Below, one piece after another: positions 24,290 to 36,674 of a stretch of 44,544 bases of DNA (position 1 is its first letter; every line of letters starts with the position of its first letter). Made by a program: the position numbers and the translations under genes. This stretch comes from Octopus bimaculoides (Eukaryota), in NCBI RefSeq assembly GCF_001194135.2, contig NC_068985.1, positions 87,086,588-87,131,131 on the forward strand. Reading direction: 5' to 3'. The notes under the pieces are model-generated. The model did no database searches. It had not been told where the DNA came from and saw nothing but the letters and a program-made list of their open reading frames with translations.

Positions 24290-24785
24290 AGGTGTGCATA
24301 TGTATATAATATACACATGTGTATGTGTGTGTATATGTATATACATATACATACATGTATGCACACGTGTGAATGCCAGTCAATATATGTATAATGAGGT
24401 TGTTGTGTTGCATATTTCATGAACACAGTCAGCTAATGATTTCTGGTCTGATTAAAACTATTTGTTTGAAAGAAGAGTAGATTTTTTTCCTAAAGTGGCC
24501 GTTTGCTTTAGTTAAGTATAATTTATACAGTATTGTTCAAAAATTTCAGTCAAAATTATCATAGGAGACCCGTCTCTTGTGATGGTTTACAGATTGTGAT
24601 GGTTTACAGATTTGCTTCAGGGAGTTACTTTCTATCAATAGCTTGGATAATCTTAGCTGATCAAAGTTTATTAATCTTCAATATTGTATGAGTGAGACCC
24701 TTCCTTACTTATGGTATACATATATTGTCTGTGTATATATGCATGAATTTATATCTATATCTATATCTATCTATCTATCTATCTA

Positions 24786-24822
<37 letters not shown>

Positions 24823-25130
24823 NNNNNNNNNNNNNNNNNNNNNNNNNNNNNNNNNNNNNNNNNNNNNNNNNNNNNNNNNNNNNNNNNNNNNNNNNNNNNN
24901 NNNNNNNNNNNNNNNNNNNNNNNNNNNNNNNNNNNNNNNNNNNNNNNNNNNNNNNNNNNNNNNNNNNNNNNNNNNNNNNNNNNNNNNNNNNNNNNNNNNN
25001 NNNNNNNNNNNNNNNNNNNNNNNNNNNNNNNNNNNNNNNNNNNNNNNNNNNNNNNNNNNNNNNNNNNNNNNNNNNNNNNNNNNNNNNNNNNNNNNNNNNN
25101 NNNNNNNNNNNNNNNNNNNNNNNNNNNNNN

Positions 25131-25192
<62 letters not shown>

Positions 25193-26049
25193 TCTGGGAA
25201 GGATGTCTGGGCACAGTGTTTTAGTTGAGGTCTCATATGACTAGACCCAACAACGGGGACACATGAAGTTGTAAATGGGCTGGAAATGTTAAGGTAGGCG
25301 CAGTACACATACAGCAAGCCTCAAGGAAGAGAGTCTGTTATGGTTATGACAGAAAAATCAGAGAAAGGGTACAAATAATATGTCTATAGTCCAGGGGTTA
25401 TAATGTGTACATGAGTGATCGGAGGCACATTGAAGCAAAGTATTGTATGCCTATTACTATATAAAGTTCTTGTGCCTAATTAGTGTTCATTTAATTGATT
25501 CCCCAATCCCTCAAACATTGCTTGTTTCATCCTTATCTTTCATCCTGTTCACCTTGTTTTAAAACCTGCACATTCACTCTATGCACAATCTTGCAACCAC
25601 AGTTCTGGCGCTCAAGCATCTTGATAAAATATGCATTATGCATAACTTGACAGTAGAGACACGACTAGTTATGCCCCGGATTAAAGGCAATATACGAATA
25701 TCTCTACTTTGCATAGTAGATTCAAGATTCTTCAATTTCTGTTCCATCTTTCGCATCGATGCTGTTACAGCTTTAACTAATGTGGTTTATCTTGTATTTT
25801 ATAGCGAGCACTCTCATGATAGCTATTTTATGGTAGGGGAAGTCAGATATGTTGATACAAAGCACATATGATTATATATATGTGTGTGTGTGTGTATGTC
25901 TGTATATAATATTACACATACATATTTATGTATACACACAGATACAGGTGTGTGTGTGTGTAAGATCATGTATCTGTGTATATGCATGCTTCTAAGTACT
26001 TCCTAAAATAATTGCTTCGAAATGTAAAATATAAAACACTGCAATAATA

Positions 26050-26180
26050 ATGATAGTGATGATGATGATGATGCTGATGCTGATGGTGGTGATGATGATG
26101 ATGATGATGATGATAATGATGATGATAATGATGATGATGATGATGATGATGATGACGACGACGACGACGACGATGATGAC
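26050..26180. repeat. (GAT)n/(GAC)n microsatellite
   Basis: Directly visible. Source of the poly-His and poly-Ser pseudo-ORFs in the track. Confidence 0.95.
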
Positions 26181-26494
26181 ATAAAAACTCCTCTACTAGA
26201 ATTACACAATTGCCCATTTCCTTAACAAATAACCATAATGTTTATGAGAAACGATCTCCTTCAAGAACAAATTATCAATAACTTTTCGATCAATATGTAT
26301 ACACTATTGAATTTCTGTGCACAATTGAGGAGAAATATGCACTCACTACTTAAAAAAAAAAAAGGAAACACGTAAGCATAAACAAGTACAGACACAGCGA
26401 TTTATGCATGTGCAGATACATAAATCATTGTACACACTCCACACCATATACACACATATACACTTATGTATATGTATGTGTATTTGTATGTGTG

Positions 26495-26580
<86 letters not shown>

Positions 26581-27760
26581 TATATGTTTGTATGTACCTA
26601 TGTATATACATTTATATGAGTGTGTATATATATATATATGTACATATCTATATACATTTAGATATATGTGTGTGTGTGTATATATACGTACAAGGACACA
26701 TACATAAACATGATGATAAATGTAGATTCAATAATCATTGAAAGATAACTTGTGCATTAAATACAAGAATATTCATGTATGCACACATACGTAGACATTA
26801 TGTGTGTGTGTATATACTTACGTTATCATTATCATTCATTGTTATCATTTTAATGGGTTTCTTTTTTTTACTCAGGCTTGCATGGGTCAAATGTGACATT
26901 GTTGTGGCAGAATTTTCCACAGCTGGATGCACTCTCTGTCACTAACATTTAACTGTTTCCAAGAAAGGTAATATTACTCCCTATCTAAGAAATAACTAAC
27001 ATCCTGCACTGCTTTCACGGAGAATGGCAAACAAATGACACTATGTGTATTAATGTTGATGCATTGCTTACAATCAGAGTCTACAGTGGAAAGAAGCTCT
27101 CAATAGAGCTGAACAGCAGGTGTTTCAACCCTTTAATTCTCACACTCTGAGGGGGCCAGACTGTATTCAGGTCATGACCCCTGTGTGACATTCTGCTGAC
27201 CCTTTTTCAACTCTTGAATGTCAGGGACTTGCATATTGAAACTGCTAGGAGGTTTTGTCTAATTGTAACTCTTCACATTTGACTCTGCTTTCAAACTTGT
27301 TTTGGCTGCCATAGTAAATTCTATATCGCCATGTGTGCTAAAGTTTATAAATATTTCCTTTCAAATGACAAAACATAATTTTTTAAACAAAAGTAATGTA
27401 GAATATAGTTAGAGACGCTCTAATATTTTCACTGAATAATTAGGGACTATCAAGAATATCAAAGTCAGTTATAAGCCCTCATTACATGCATCTACCAATT
27501 GCAACTATTTAAGCCCTAACATATGACTCAAAAGTCAGTCCTGTCCCACTAACTTTGTTATGTGTCATAGCAGTACTATGCTGGCAAAAAATACTGTCAT
27601 TAATGCTGACATTGGTTTACAGTAAAACAATTTAAAACCAGATTTAATGACCATGAACACTCATTTAGAACTCCAGCTACAAAATGTGGCACCACACTGT
27701 TTCAGTTCAGTAAGCAACAAAGTTATAAAGAATTATAGAATATCTGAGAATATTTTGTAG

Positions 27761-27838
27761 CTGACACTTTCCTATTGCCAATTATTAAAGTTTTGCAGCC
27801 TGTGTATTGAAGATACACAGATAATAGATGAATTAAAG
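27761..27838 (+). CDS. Candidate internal exon LTLSYCQLLKFCSLCIEDTQIIDELK, phase 0->0
   Basis: Acceptor tattttgtAG| and donor AAG|GTAAAT. The 78 bp are open in frame. Confidence 0.4.
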
Positions 27839-28144
27839 GTAAATGGGTAAATTTCATTATGAAACTAGAAAGGTTACCTTGTTTTCATAAGCTCATGACA
27901 AATCGTTTTCTGAATCTGTCTCTATTTATTTACCAAACACTCTTTCTCTTAATATCACTGGTAGAGTACTTTGAGGGAGCTTGATACCTAAACTGTTTTT
28001 ACTAGATTTTGGGAGTAGAACTGGAAAGTCACTCAGCCCTGGAGTTGAGTTTATGACAACAAAGCTTTCTGATTCGATTAAATTTTATTCTATTAAGATT
28101 TATGAGCTTGAAGTCCATCTGAGAAGTTCTTGTTTGTTCAATAT

Positions 28145-28342
28145 ATTGGTTTCAAATTTTGGCACAAGGCCAGGAAATTCAAGGGAGCTGATAAATCAAT
28201 TACATTGATGCTAGTAATCAACTGATACTTCTTTCATTGACCCTGAAAAGGTGAAAGTAAAGTCGACCTTTGTGTAATTTGAACTCAGAATGTAAAGACT
28301 AATGAAATGCTGCTAACCATTATTCCCAGCTTGCTAACAACC
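28145..28342 (-). mobile_element. SINE family 2
   Basis: ttttggcacaaggcc...aaagtcgacc...aatttgaactcagaatgtaaagac. Confidence 0.78.
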
Positions 28343-29221
28343 CTGCTAGTCCCCCCCCCCTATCTGTTGAATACATTAAGGTGTTCAATGTGTTGCTCTT
28401 CCTTTGACTCCAAAAGGAGGAGGCTTTCATGTTACATTTTGAGCTGGTGCCAAATCTGTGAGAATAGTCAAGATGTGGTGCACTCTCTGACATCCAGTTC
28501 TTTCTTCCAAATCTGAACATGCACACAGGAAGAAAAGCTTTTCTGTTTTGCTCTAACCACTTATCCTCTTCAAGATATTTCCTTCATCTTTCTTATTCAC
28601 AAAAGTCGACCAGGGAAGCTTCAGTGATCTTTTATTTATTTATTTAATTCCTCTTTTCCAGTTTTTCCATATGAGAAATGGATTGTTGAGAGCTTTAGAA
28701 ATGTATGAGTCTTTTCATCGAAAGGAATCTCCTGCCTTTGAGAGCCATGAATTCTTTTTATCATACACGCATACACACATATATATAGATGTACACATAC
28801 ACACACACACACACACACTCACAAATGTATGTATATAAAAAGAAAAAGATGATTCATCCACAGGTATACAGACTGAAAGATGATCAGGTACTGAAAAAAA
28901 GTATTCAGTTTTTCACCAGAAGTAAACCTGTATTAACAATCGCCATCTTTATATCTTTTGTGGATTTTAACACAGAAGACAGGAAAATATTACGTGTTTT
29001 TATTTTAGCCATTTAAATGGTGAAATATATCAGGTGTTCTATGCATAATGTGTGGAGCATTATCTGATGATCTTTTGACAGCCACATATATTTTTAAGTA
29101 GTGTGTGTTTATTTGCATGTATGCATACAAGTATGCTTTATGTGTGTCTATATATATATGTATGTATGTAGGTATATATATATATATATGTATATATATA
29201 TGTAAATAAACATATACATAC

Positions 29222-29545
29222 ATATATCATCATCACCATCATCAACATCATCATCATAAGCATCATCATCATCATCACCATTATCGTCATCATCATCATC
29301 ATCATCAAATCCATTTCCCATGCTGGCATGGTTTGGATGGTTTGACCAGTGCTGGCAAGCCAGAATGCTACACCAGGTCTCAGCAGCTCTGGCACAGGTC
29401 TCTTGCTGGTTAATCTTCTTAATACTTCTGCGGTGAAGAACGGGTCTTCTTGAGTACAGCAAGGGGCTAGGTATCTTGGCCCTTTGTGATCCTGTCTGAA
29501 AAGTTCAACATCCTGAGGTCAACTTTCAGCGCATCTATGGATAGT
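29222..29545 (-). mobile_element. RTE-like LINE 3' end: last ORF2 codons, 3' UTR and (GAT)n tail
   Basis: The minus frame reads IDALKVDLRMLNFSDRITKGQDT*PLAVLKKT, resembling RTE ORF2 C-termini. It is followed by the ...accatgccagcatgg... tail shared with family 5. Confidence 0.6.
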
Positions 29546-29820
29546 TTTAGTGAAGCGTTGTATGATATTACACTAAAGAAACTGGGAGGTGGGGTGGGGT
29601 AAGGTCGCAACAATAAGAAAAGGAAAGAAAGTGGGAATGTTACCTTATATTTCTATATTTCAGGGCCATGATCCCATTTTCAAAACATTTTGAGTGAGGA
29701 ATGGGCAAAGGTTGTGGCTCACACATTTGAAGAACAACTTTTTTCCATCCCTCACTTTTCCACATGCCCTGGAGAATGGGTTGTCGTCCTGAAATATAGA
29801 AATACAAGATAAAACTAAAT

Positions 29821-30020
29821 TTTTCAATCTCCGCCTTTGCTAAGGTGAAGGTATTGTTTTCTGTCATGTTTGTCTGTTCCATGGATAAGATATCGCAAGA
29901 ACCACTGGATGGATTCCGATGAAACTTTCAGAGATGTTTGACCTTGTGACTGGCACGAACTGATTAGATTTTGAGATCAATCCAGTACCAGACAAGGATT
30001 CTGGATTATTTTGCCTGCTT
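29821..30020 (+). mobile_element. Non-autonomous element resembling HINE/DINE-1 (Helentron-associated) repeats
   Basis: ctccgcc...ggtattgtttt...tgtttgtctg...caagaac...ggatggatt...atgaaactttcag...gattttg. A second copy lies at 43925-44095. The class assignment is from recall. Confidence 0.5.
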
Positions 30021-30049
30021 TTTTACTTAATTTTTGAGAGTGGTCACTG

Positions 30050-30230
30050 GTGCCAAGCTGTATCAGCCCCTTTGCTTTTCCTTTGAATAACATTAGTGGT
30101 GCAGAGAGAGGAGTGTGGAATGCATGGGTGAATGCTGGCCTTCCATAAACAACCTTGCCCGGACTTGTGCCTTGGAGGGTAACTTTCTAGGTGCAATCCC
30201 ATGGTCATTCGTGACCGAAGGGGGTCTCCA
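30050..30230 (+). mobile_element. 3' portion of a further interspersed repeat, probably a SINE tail
   Basis: GC-richer segment ending ggtgcaatcccatggtcattcgtgaccgaagggggtc, recalled as an octopus repeat end. Single copy in this window. Confidence 0.45.
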
Positions 30231-31360
30231 CTATATGTATGTATATATCTATATGGATGTATATATATATCTATATATTAATCAAAGTATACACTATTAT
30301 AGATTCCCTATAGCTGTTGCTATCAATCAGTTTAGCATCGGGTATTAACTGGTTGGTTACCTATTGAATGAGATCACCAAGAAATGCAAAACCAGAATAA
30401 AATACTTTTTGATGTGAACAATAATGTGTGCAACCATAATTTTAATGTCATCAAATTAAATTTGCCTATTATCAGATAATGTGATAAATTTAATGACTTA
30501 ATTACCAGTTGAATGCACATTCAATGCAAACAATTACGGAATATTTTGAAACAATTGTTGACAAAAGCAAAGTCTGAACTAATCAAACTTCAGAATATTG
30601 TGATATCTAAGTATTATTGCACTTAAGTATCATAGTATCAAAGTGCAATGCAAACAGTGTAATACTCATTATTTATACATGCTCTGCTCCTTATATCAAT
30701 GCAAAGATTGTGAAACAAATATTCACAAATGCAAATATGAGCAAGAATTTAATACACTCTTTCAAATATAAAACTGCAAAGAAATATGCAATGACCAGTA
30801 TTAGAATGCACATGAATACTTTGGCAGCAGAATGGAGACCCTCAGATCAAATGGATCCCTTTAAGTATTCAATTAGAGACATGGCAATAAAAATCTCTTG
30901 AAATTTCCAGTTTATAAACTTTATACTTTGAATGACATTAAAAATAAAAAGACAAAAAGAAAGAAAAATTAGTTGAGAATTTCAAACTATTTATGAATAA
31001 ACAGTAATATTGATTAAGCTTGACTTGAATTTAGTTTTATTTGAAAATAAACTTAGTTTAAAAATAAATCAATGTCATGTTGCAAGAATTATCTCTTTTA
31101 ACTATTCAGTAATGCCACTGATGTTTGGCATAAATGAATAAATATACTTTTTAAATATTTACCCAGATAGAATGACCGTGTAAATATTTACCTGGATACC
31201 CAAAGTGAACTGTTATTATATAAAAGGTCATTATGAGGAGCAATTCAAAATAATATGACAGTAATTGGGTAAATATAAAAAGTCAGGAAAAAATTTGTAA
31301 AAATCTCGTTATGCTGGTATTTAATGTGTGTATGTGTGACTGTAGATATATGTATACGCA

Positions 31361-31416
<56 letters not shown>

Positions 31417-31431
31417 TGTAAGTATGAGATG

Positions 31432-31472
<41 letters not shown>

Positions 31473-31739
31473 ACACACACGTATATGTGCAGGTCTACAT
31501 GAATATTTACATTCTGTGCTCTCCGAAAAGTTACAAGGCTATAAAGGATGATGTTTGCTGACCTTTCTCTGTTGACAAATCATCTGATAGCTCTGCACTT
31601 TCAAAGATGTGTGGAATAGAAACACCTTAACTTGTAAAACATGTAATTATTCGCGACAGAAATAACAGCCAACCGTAAAAACAATGCTTTATCAATCATA
31701 TTTCTGTTCATCGATATTTTCTTTTGCTATTCATTCCAG

Positions 31740-31785
31740 AACATACCTCCATTTAGGCATTAACATGGAATGGGGACGTCTATAT
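31740..31785 (+). CDS. Candidate internal exon xTYLHLGINMEWGRLY, phase 2->0
   Basis: Long polypyrimidine acceptor ttttcttttgctattcattccAG| and donor |GTAACT. Only one frame is open. Confidence 0.35.
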
Positions 31786-32999
31786 GTAACTAGAAGCTAA
31801 GACCGGTTTCACCCAGTTGGTTTGGATGATGTGGCTGTAAAACCTGCTCTGTGTAAGCATTCGACTTGTTTGGGCATGCTTACATTAAAAAACAATTTTA
31901 GAATGATATTTTTCTGTCAAGACGCTAAAAATAACTGACCAAAAAAAAAAAAAAGAACAACCAAGATTCAACCAAATCAAAAAATGAACCCAAATACTAA
32001 GCGAACAAAGATGAACCATCCCACTTCCATTGCATGCACAAACACACACGTTTACATGCTCTCACTAATTATCTATATTGTGGAGTTTAGCACCCTACAT
32101 AATAAAATAATATAGGTGTGTAGATGTGTGTGTGTGTGTGTGTGTGCAAACAGACAGACACACACACACATTAACACACACTTACACACACTCACATAAA
32201 CTTTAACTAGGAAAAATTTGACAGTGACTTCAAAGTTACTAGCCATACCCAACCGTTGTGAGGATAAAAATAGTAAACCAAACTTTGAAGTTACTGTCAA
32301 CATTTTTCTTGTAGAAGTTACTAAATATGTGCTGTACTAAAAAGTATGGAGTATTTCTTCAGTTTAATGTTAAATTGTTTTTACAACTTCATATAAAGCA
32401 CATGAAACATACATTAAGCCACTCATACATACATTGGCATATGTATATGTGCGTGTGTGTGTGTATTCTATAAACGAATATAAAGTAGGTTGTAGTAACG
32501 CATAAATTTGTCTGTAATTGATGTACGTGCCTGTTATTTATTCAAATATCTTTGAGGCTGATCTATTTTCATGCGAAATATATAAACAAAATTCTCTGTG
32601 TAGGTTGACCGCATCAAATCTGACACTCCATAATCTGGTTTGACTGTTATATTGGACATAATTTTGTCTGGCATAGATTTAGGGGAGAGACCAAAGCTGA
32701 AATTACTGTTACAAGCAGCATTCTAAGATAAAGATTCATCCGCTATGTGGCAAAATATAGTCAGCTGACAAAGAAATATTTGCAGATATTTCTTGATGAG
32801 TTCAAAGAGTTTGTTTTATATATATAAGATATTTCACCTATGTATTGCACCTGTGTATTTCAATAAATTTCGTTTGTTTTATTTTATTCCTCATCTTGTG
32901 CAAATTTCTTGAAGTCTACCTTGTGCTAAGCATTCAGGTGAGGTCTCCAGTCTTTTTTTTTTTCTTTTGTTATTTTAATCTTTGAATCAGGAAAGAAAA

Positions 33000-33205
33000 C
33001 AAGTGGCTATATGGTAAGAAGTTTGCTTCCCAACAACATGGTTCTAGGTTCAGTCCCATTGTGACACCTCGGGTAAGTGTCTTCTACTACAGCTTTGGGC
33101 CAACCAAAGCCTTATGAATGGATTTGGTAGACGGAAACTGAAAGAAGCCCATCGTATGTGTGTGTGTGTGTATGTGTGTGTCTTTGTGTCTGTATGTGTG
33201 TCTAG
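33000..33205 (+). mobile_element. SINE family 1, 5' half (tRNA head, CORE-like body, TG repeat)
   Basis: gtggctatatggtaagaagtttgc...ggttcagtccc...gggtaagtgtcttctac...ggaaactgaaagaagccc. Confidence 0.85.
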
Positions 33206-33954
33206 TAGGCCATGACTGGAATTGAATTCAGAGCTCAAAGAACCAGAACCTATACTACAAGGCATCCAGTCTGACATTCTTACAACTCCATTCATCCAAT
33301 GACCTGAATAGACACACCTTTATCGATCTTTTAAGAACAAAAGACAAAGTTGACCTGAAACGAATGCCACAAAGTTTTCTGCTTAATGCTTTGATGGTTC
33401 TGCTAATCTTTCTTTTCATCACATCATTCACAGAGACCTTGAGAAATGTTGTCGAGAGTTTTCTGAATAAACCTAAATTCTAAATTAATTACAGAAGTAA
33501 GGAAAGTAAAGAATTAAGACATGGCTGCATGGTTAAAACGTTTGGTTTGCAACCACATGGTTTCTATTTCAATCTTTTGACACAGCACCATTGTGATTGT
33601 AGCACCTTCTTCTCTAACCCTGAACCAATCATTTTTGTGAGTGAATTAAGTAGAGGAAAACCGTGCTCAATTTAATCATATATACATCCATCTATCTATA
33701 CATATATACACACCTCCTTTACTTTTCTTCTATTCTTATATTCTGATGAAGGATTTACATCCAAATTGTTAAAACACTTTCCTTTTCTTTTTAAGTGTTA
33801 AACTAATAAATATTAGTTAAAACTTGTCCGACTTGAGTTGTCTTTTTCTATTTTGGTTTTGTTCATTGCCTTCACAATATACACACTCACACACTCACTC
33901 ACAGTGACATTCATACCTATATATATATATGCGTGAGTATGTATACATACATTT

Positions 33955-34160
33955 GTGTATGTGTCTGTCTCTTGGTACTTGACATCTGGTGTCTATGTAT
34001 TTTTGTTTGTGTAGGTTAATGGAAGAATAAAAAAGGGAATAACAGAATGAGTAGCAGAATTAAAAAGAAGTACTAGAGTCAAATCAACTAAAAGAAAGAA
34101 GGATTTTGAAGCAGTGCTGCAGTATGGCCACAGTCCAGTGAGTGAAACAAGTAAAAGATT
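33955..34160 (+). mobile_element. SINE family 1, 3' half (degenerate)
   Basis: Ends gcagtatggccacagtccagtgagtgaaacaagtaaaag. Confidence 0.65.
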
Positions 34161-34911
34161 GAAGGAATTCAAAGAATTTCTTTTTCAGTGGAGACTAAAG
34201 ATTCTCAAATGTATTTTTATTCCATCCGTAGACTGTTGCAGTACATACAAAGAGACGCCATGTCGGGGAAGGCTACAAGGTCACTGACGAAATTCCACTT
34301 CTCACGTAGTGGTGCATTCTAGAATGGGAAACTAACGAATCTGAGGCGGCCATAATTTTTTTATTTTCTCCCAAATTTACAACAACAGCAACAACAGCCT
34401 TCAACAAAAATGAAAGCAACAATGACATAAACAACAACGCACTTTTATTTCATTATCACTGCTGAATACAAAACAAAACTTGCAATGTCTATATCGATCT
34501 AATAATTGCTACACAAGAACTTCAAAATGTAATTATTGAATCATGGGACTGAAATGCTTATATTTTCTTTGTTTGTAGATTTTTTTTCTTTTTTTTATTC
34601 TCTTCAATTCAGTTTCATTCATTTGCCTGTTTACTTATTTCTTATAATTCTTATCATTTATTACCTTGCAGTTCTAATTCAACATTGTCAAGCCAATTCC
34701 AATGTTCCATAGATGCAACAATGCTATTGCTTTGATAGCACAATGTCTCCAGTTCCTTATAGGATTCTACCCATGAATGATTCCTTATCTAAAAGAGATC
34801 CTGAAGGCGAAATCAATATAGTCATATATACATAAAAAAAACATACATACGCCCCCCCCCCCCACATATATATATGTGTGCATGCATATCTATAAATTAA
34901 CAAATAAATAA

Positions 34912-34952
<41 letters not shown>

Positions 34953-35345
34953 NNNNNNNNNNNNNNNNNNNNNNNNNNNNNNNNNNNNNNNNNNNNNNNN
35001 NNNNNNNNNNNNNNNNNNNNNNNNNNNNNNNNNNNNNNNNNNNNNNNNNNNNNNNNNNNNNNNNNNNNNNNNNNNNNNNNNNNNNNNNNNNNNNNNNNNN
35101 NNNNNNNNNNNNNNNNNNNNNNNNNNNNNNNNNNNNNNNNNNNNNNNNNNNNNNNNNNNNNNNNNNNNNNNNNNNNNNNNNNNNNNNNNNNNNNNNNNNN
35201 NNNNNNNNNNNNNNNNNNNNNNNNNNNNNNNNNNNNNNNNNNNNNNNNNNNNNNNNNNNNNNNNNNNNNNNNNNNNNNNNNNNNNNNNNNNNNNNNNNNN
35301 NNNNNNNNNNNNNNNNNNNNNNNNNNNNNNNNNNNNNNNNNNNNN

Positions 35346-35404
<59 letters not shown>

Positions 35405-35413
35405 CTGATAGGC

Positions 35414-35451
<38 letters not shown>

Positions 35452-35517
35452 CCAGATTGATAGATAGAATGATAGATAGATAGATAGACAGACGGAGTAA
35501 TAAATAGATAGGGATAA

Positions 35518-35561
<44 letters not shown>

Positions 35562-35725
35562 GTAGATAGGCAGACAAACAGACAGACAGATACATAAACA
35601 GACAGACAGACAGATAAATAGACAGACAGATAAATAGATAGATAGGTAGATATATGGATAGACAGATAAATAGATAGATAGATACACATACATACATACA
35701 TGCAGGCATGCATACATACATGCAT
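35346..35725. repeat. (TAGA)n/(CAGA)n/(TACA)n compound tetranucleotide array
   Basis: Directly visible. Source of the YLSI-repeat pseudo-ORFs in the track. Confidence 0.96.
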
Positions 35726-35869
35726 TCATATATACATAGACTCATAAATGTGTACATATATTACATGAGAGTGTGTATCCACATACAGCCTCTAAACATA
35801 TAAACATTTGTAGCTGTGCATATACACTCATACATATGCTAATATAAATATATCTGTTTGTATAAATAG

Positions 35870-36030
35870 GCATCTCTGTTGCTGTGTTGGTGTGTTTATG
35901 TCCCTGTATCTTAGCAGTTTGGCAAAAGAGACTAATAGAATAAGTAACAAACTTACGAAAAGAATCCTGGGGTCAATTCACTTGACTAAAAATTCTTCAA
36001 TGTGGTGCTCCAGCATGGCTTCAATCAAAA
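35870..36030 (+). mobile_element. SINE family 1, 3' half
   Basis: gttggtgtgtttatgtccc...ggcaaaagagac...gtggtgctccagcatgg. Confidence 0.75.
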
Positions 36031-36159
36031 GATATATATTTAAACTACTCCAAGTTGTTGTTAGAATAGCCACATAAGTGGAGTCAAGACCGACTAGTTT
36101 GTATTGGCATCGAGTCGTATAAGTTTGTATTGGCACCGAGTCATATAAGTTGTAATAAT

Positions 36160-36394
36160 AATTTTTTTCTTGTTTTTTTTTTTCTACTCTAGGCACAAGG
36201 CCCGAAATTTTTTGGGGAGGGGGCCAGTCACTTAGATCGACTCTAGTGTGCAACTAGTACTTAATTTATCAACCCTGAAAGGATGAAAGGCAAAGTTGAC
36301 CTTGGTGGAATTTGAACTCAGAATGTAAAGACAGACGAAATACTGCTAAGCATTTTGCTCAACATACAAACGATTCTGCCAGTTCGCCACCTTG
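36160..36394 (-). mobile_element. SINE family 2, full length with 16-bp TSD
   Basis: Identical TATAAGTTGTAATAAT at 36144-36159 and 36395-36410 flanks the element. A-rich tail on the minus strand. Confidence 0.9.
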
Positions 36395-36674
36395 TATAAG
36401 TTGTAATAATGAAGTCAAACTGATGCAGAACATACTTGCCAAGGAAGTGAATTTAGGTAGGCTTGAACAATGGATTAAGCAATACGAGCAAGTGGATTGT
36501 TTAAAATTGACCAAAAAAAGATTTTATCCAGAAATTAACAATGAAACAGAATGTGAAAGGTTAATCGCTGATGCTGATGAAAAAGCAAAATCTCTGGTCT
36601 GGGCATCTGATGAAATGGGGGCATCTGATGAAATGGGGGCATCCTACATGCCCACGAAGCTTCAAGTCATGTAG
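36395..36674 (+). pseudogene. Unexplained open reading frame, possibly a Penelope-like GIY-YIG C-terminal remnant
   Basis: About 90 open codons (..MQNILAKEVNLGRLEQWIKQ..INNETECERL..), loosely like PLE endonuclease ends. Followed by a hammerhead-like CTGATGA...GAAGCTT motif. Confidence 0.3.

Noticed and set aside
24579-24612. 17-bp perfect tandem duplication ttgtgatggtttacaga
   Set aside because: An ordinary slippage duplication with no associated structure.
25574-25871. Overlapping ORFs on both strands (one coiled-coil-like, KAVTASMRKMEQKLKNLESTMQ)
   Set aside because: Weak splice sites and no recognisable family, so chance or a TE remnant cannot be excluded.
28446-28478. Mariner YSPDLAP-like motif on the minus strand (PHLDYS/DLAP across a frameshift)
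   Set aside because: It needs an indel, the flanking residues do not match a mariner DD34D domain, and no TIRs were found.
31740-31785. Hexokinase-like INMEWG motif
   Set aside because: The following residues (RLY) do not match the conserved GAFG, and no other hexokinase exon is present.
32771-32794. 9-bp inverted repeat aagaaatat/atatttctt within a protein-like frame
   Set aside because: A short AT-rich hairpin is expected by chance, and the acceptor for the frame is poor.
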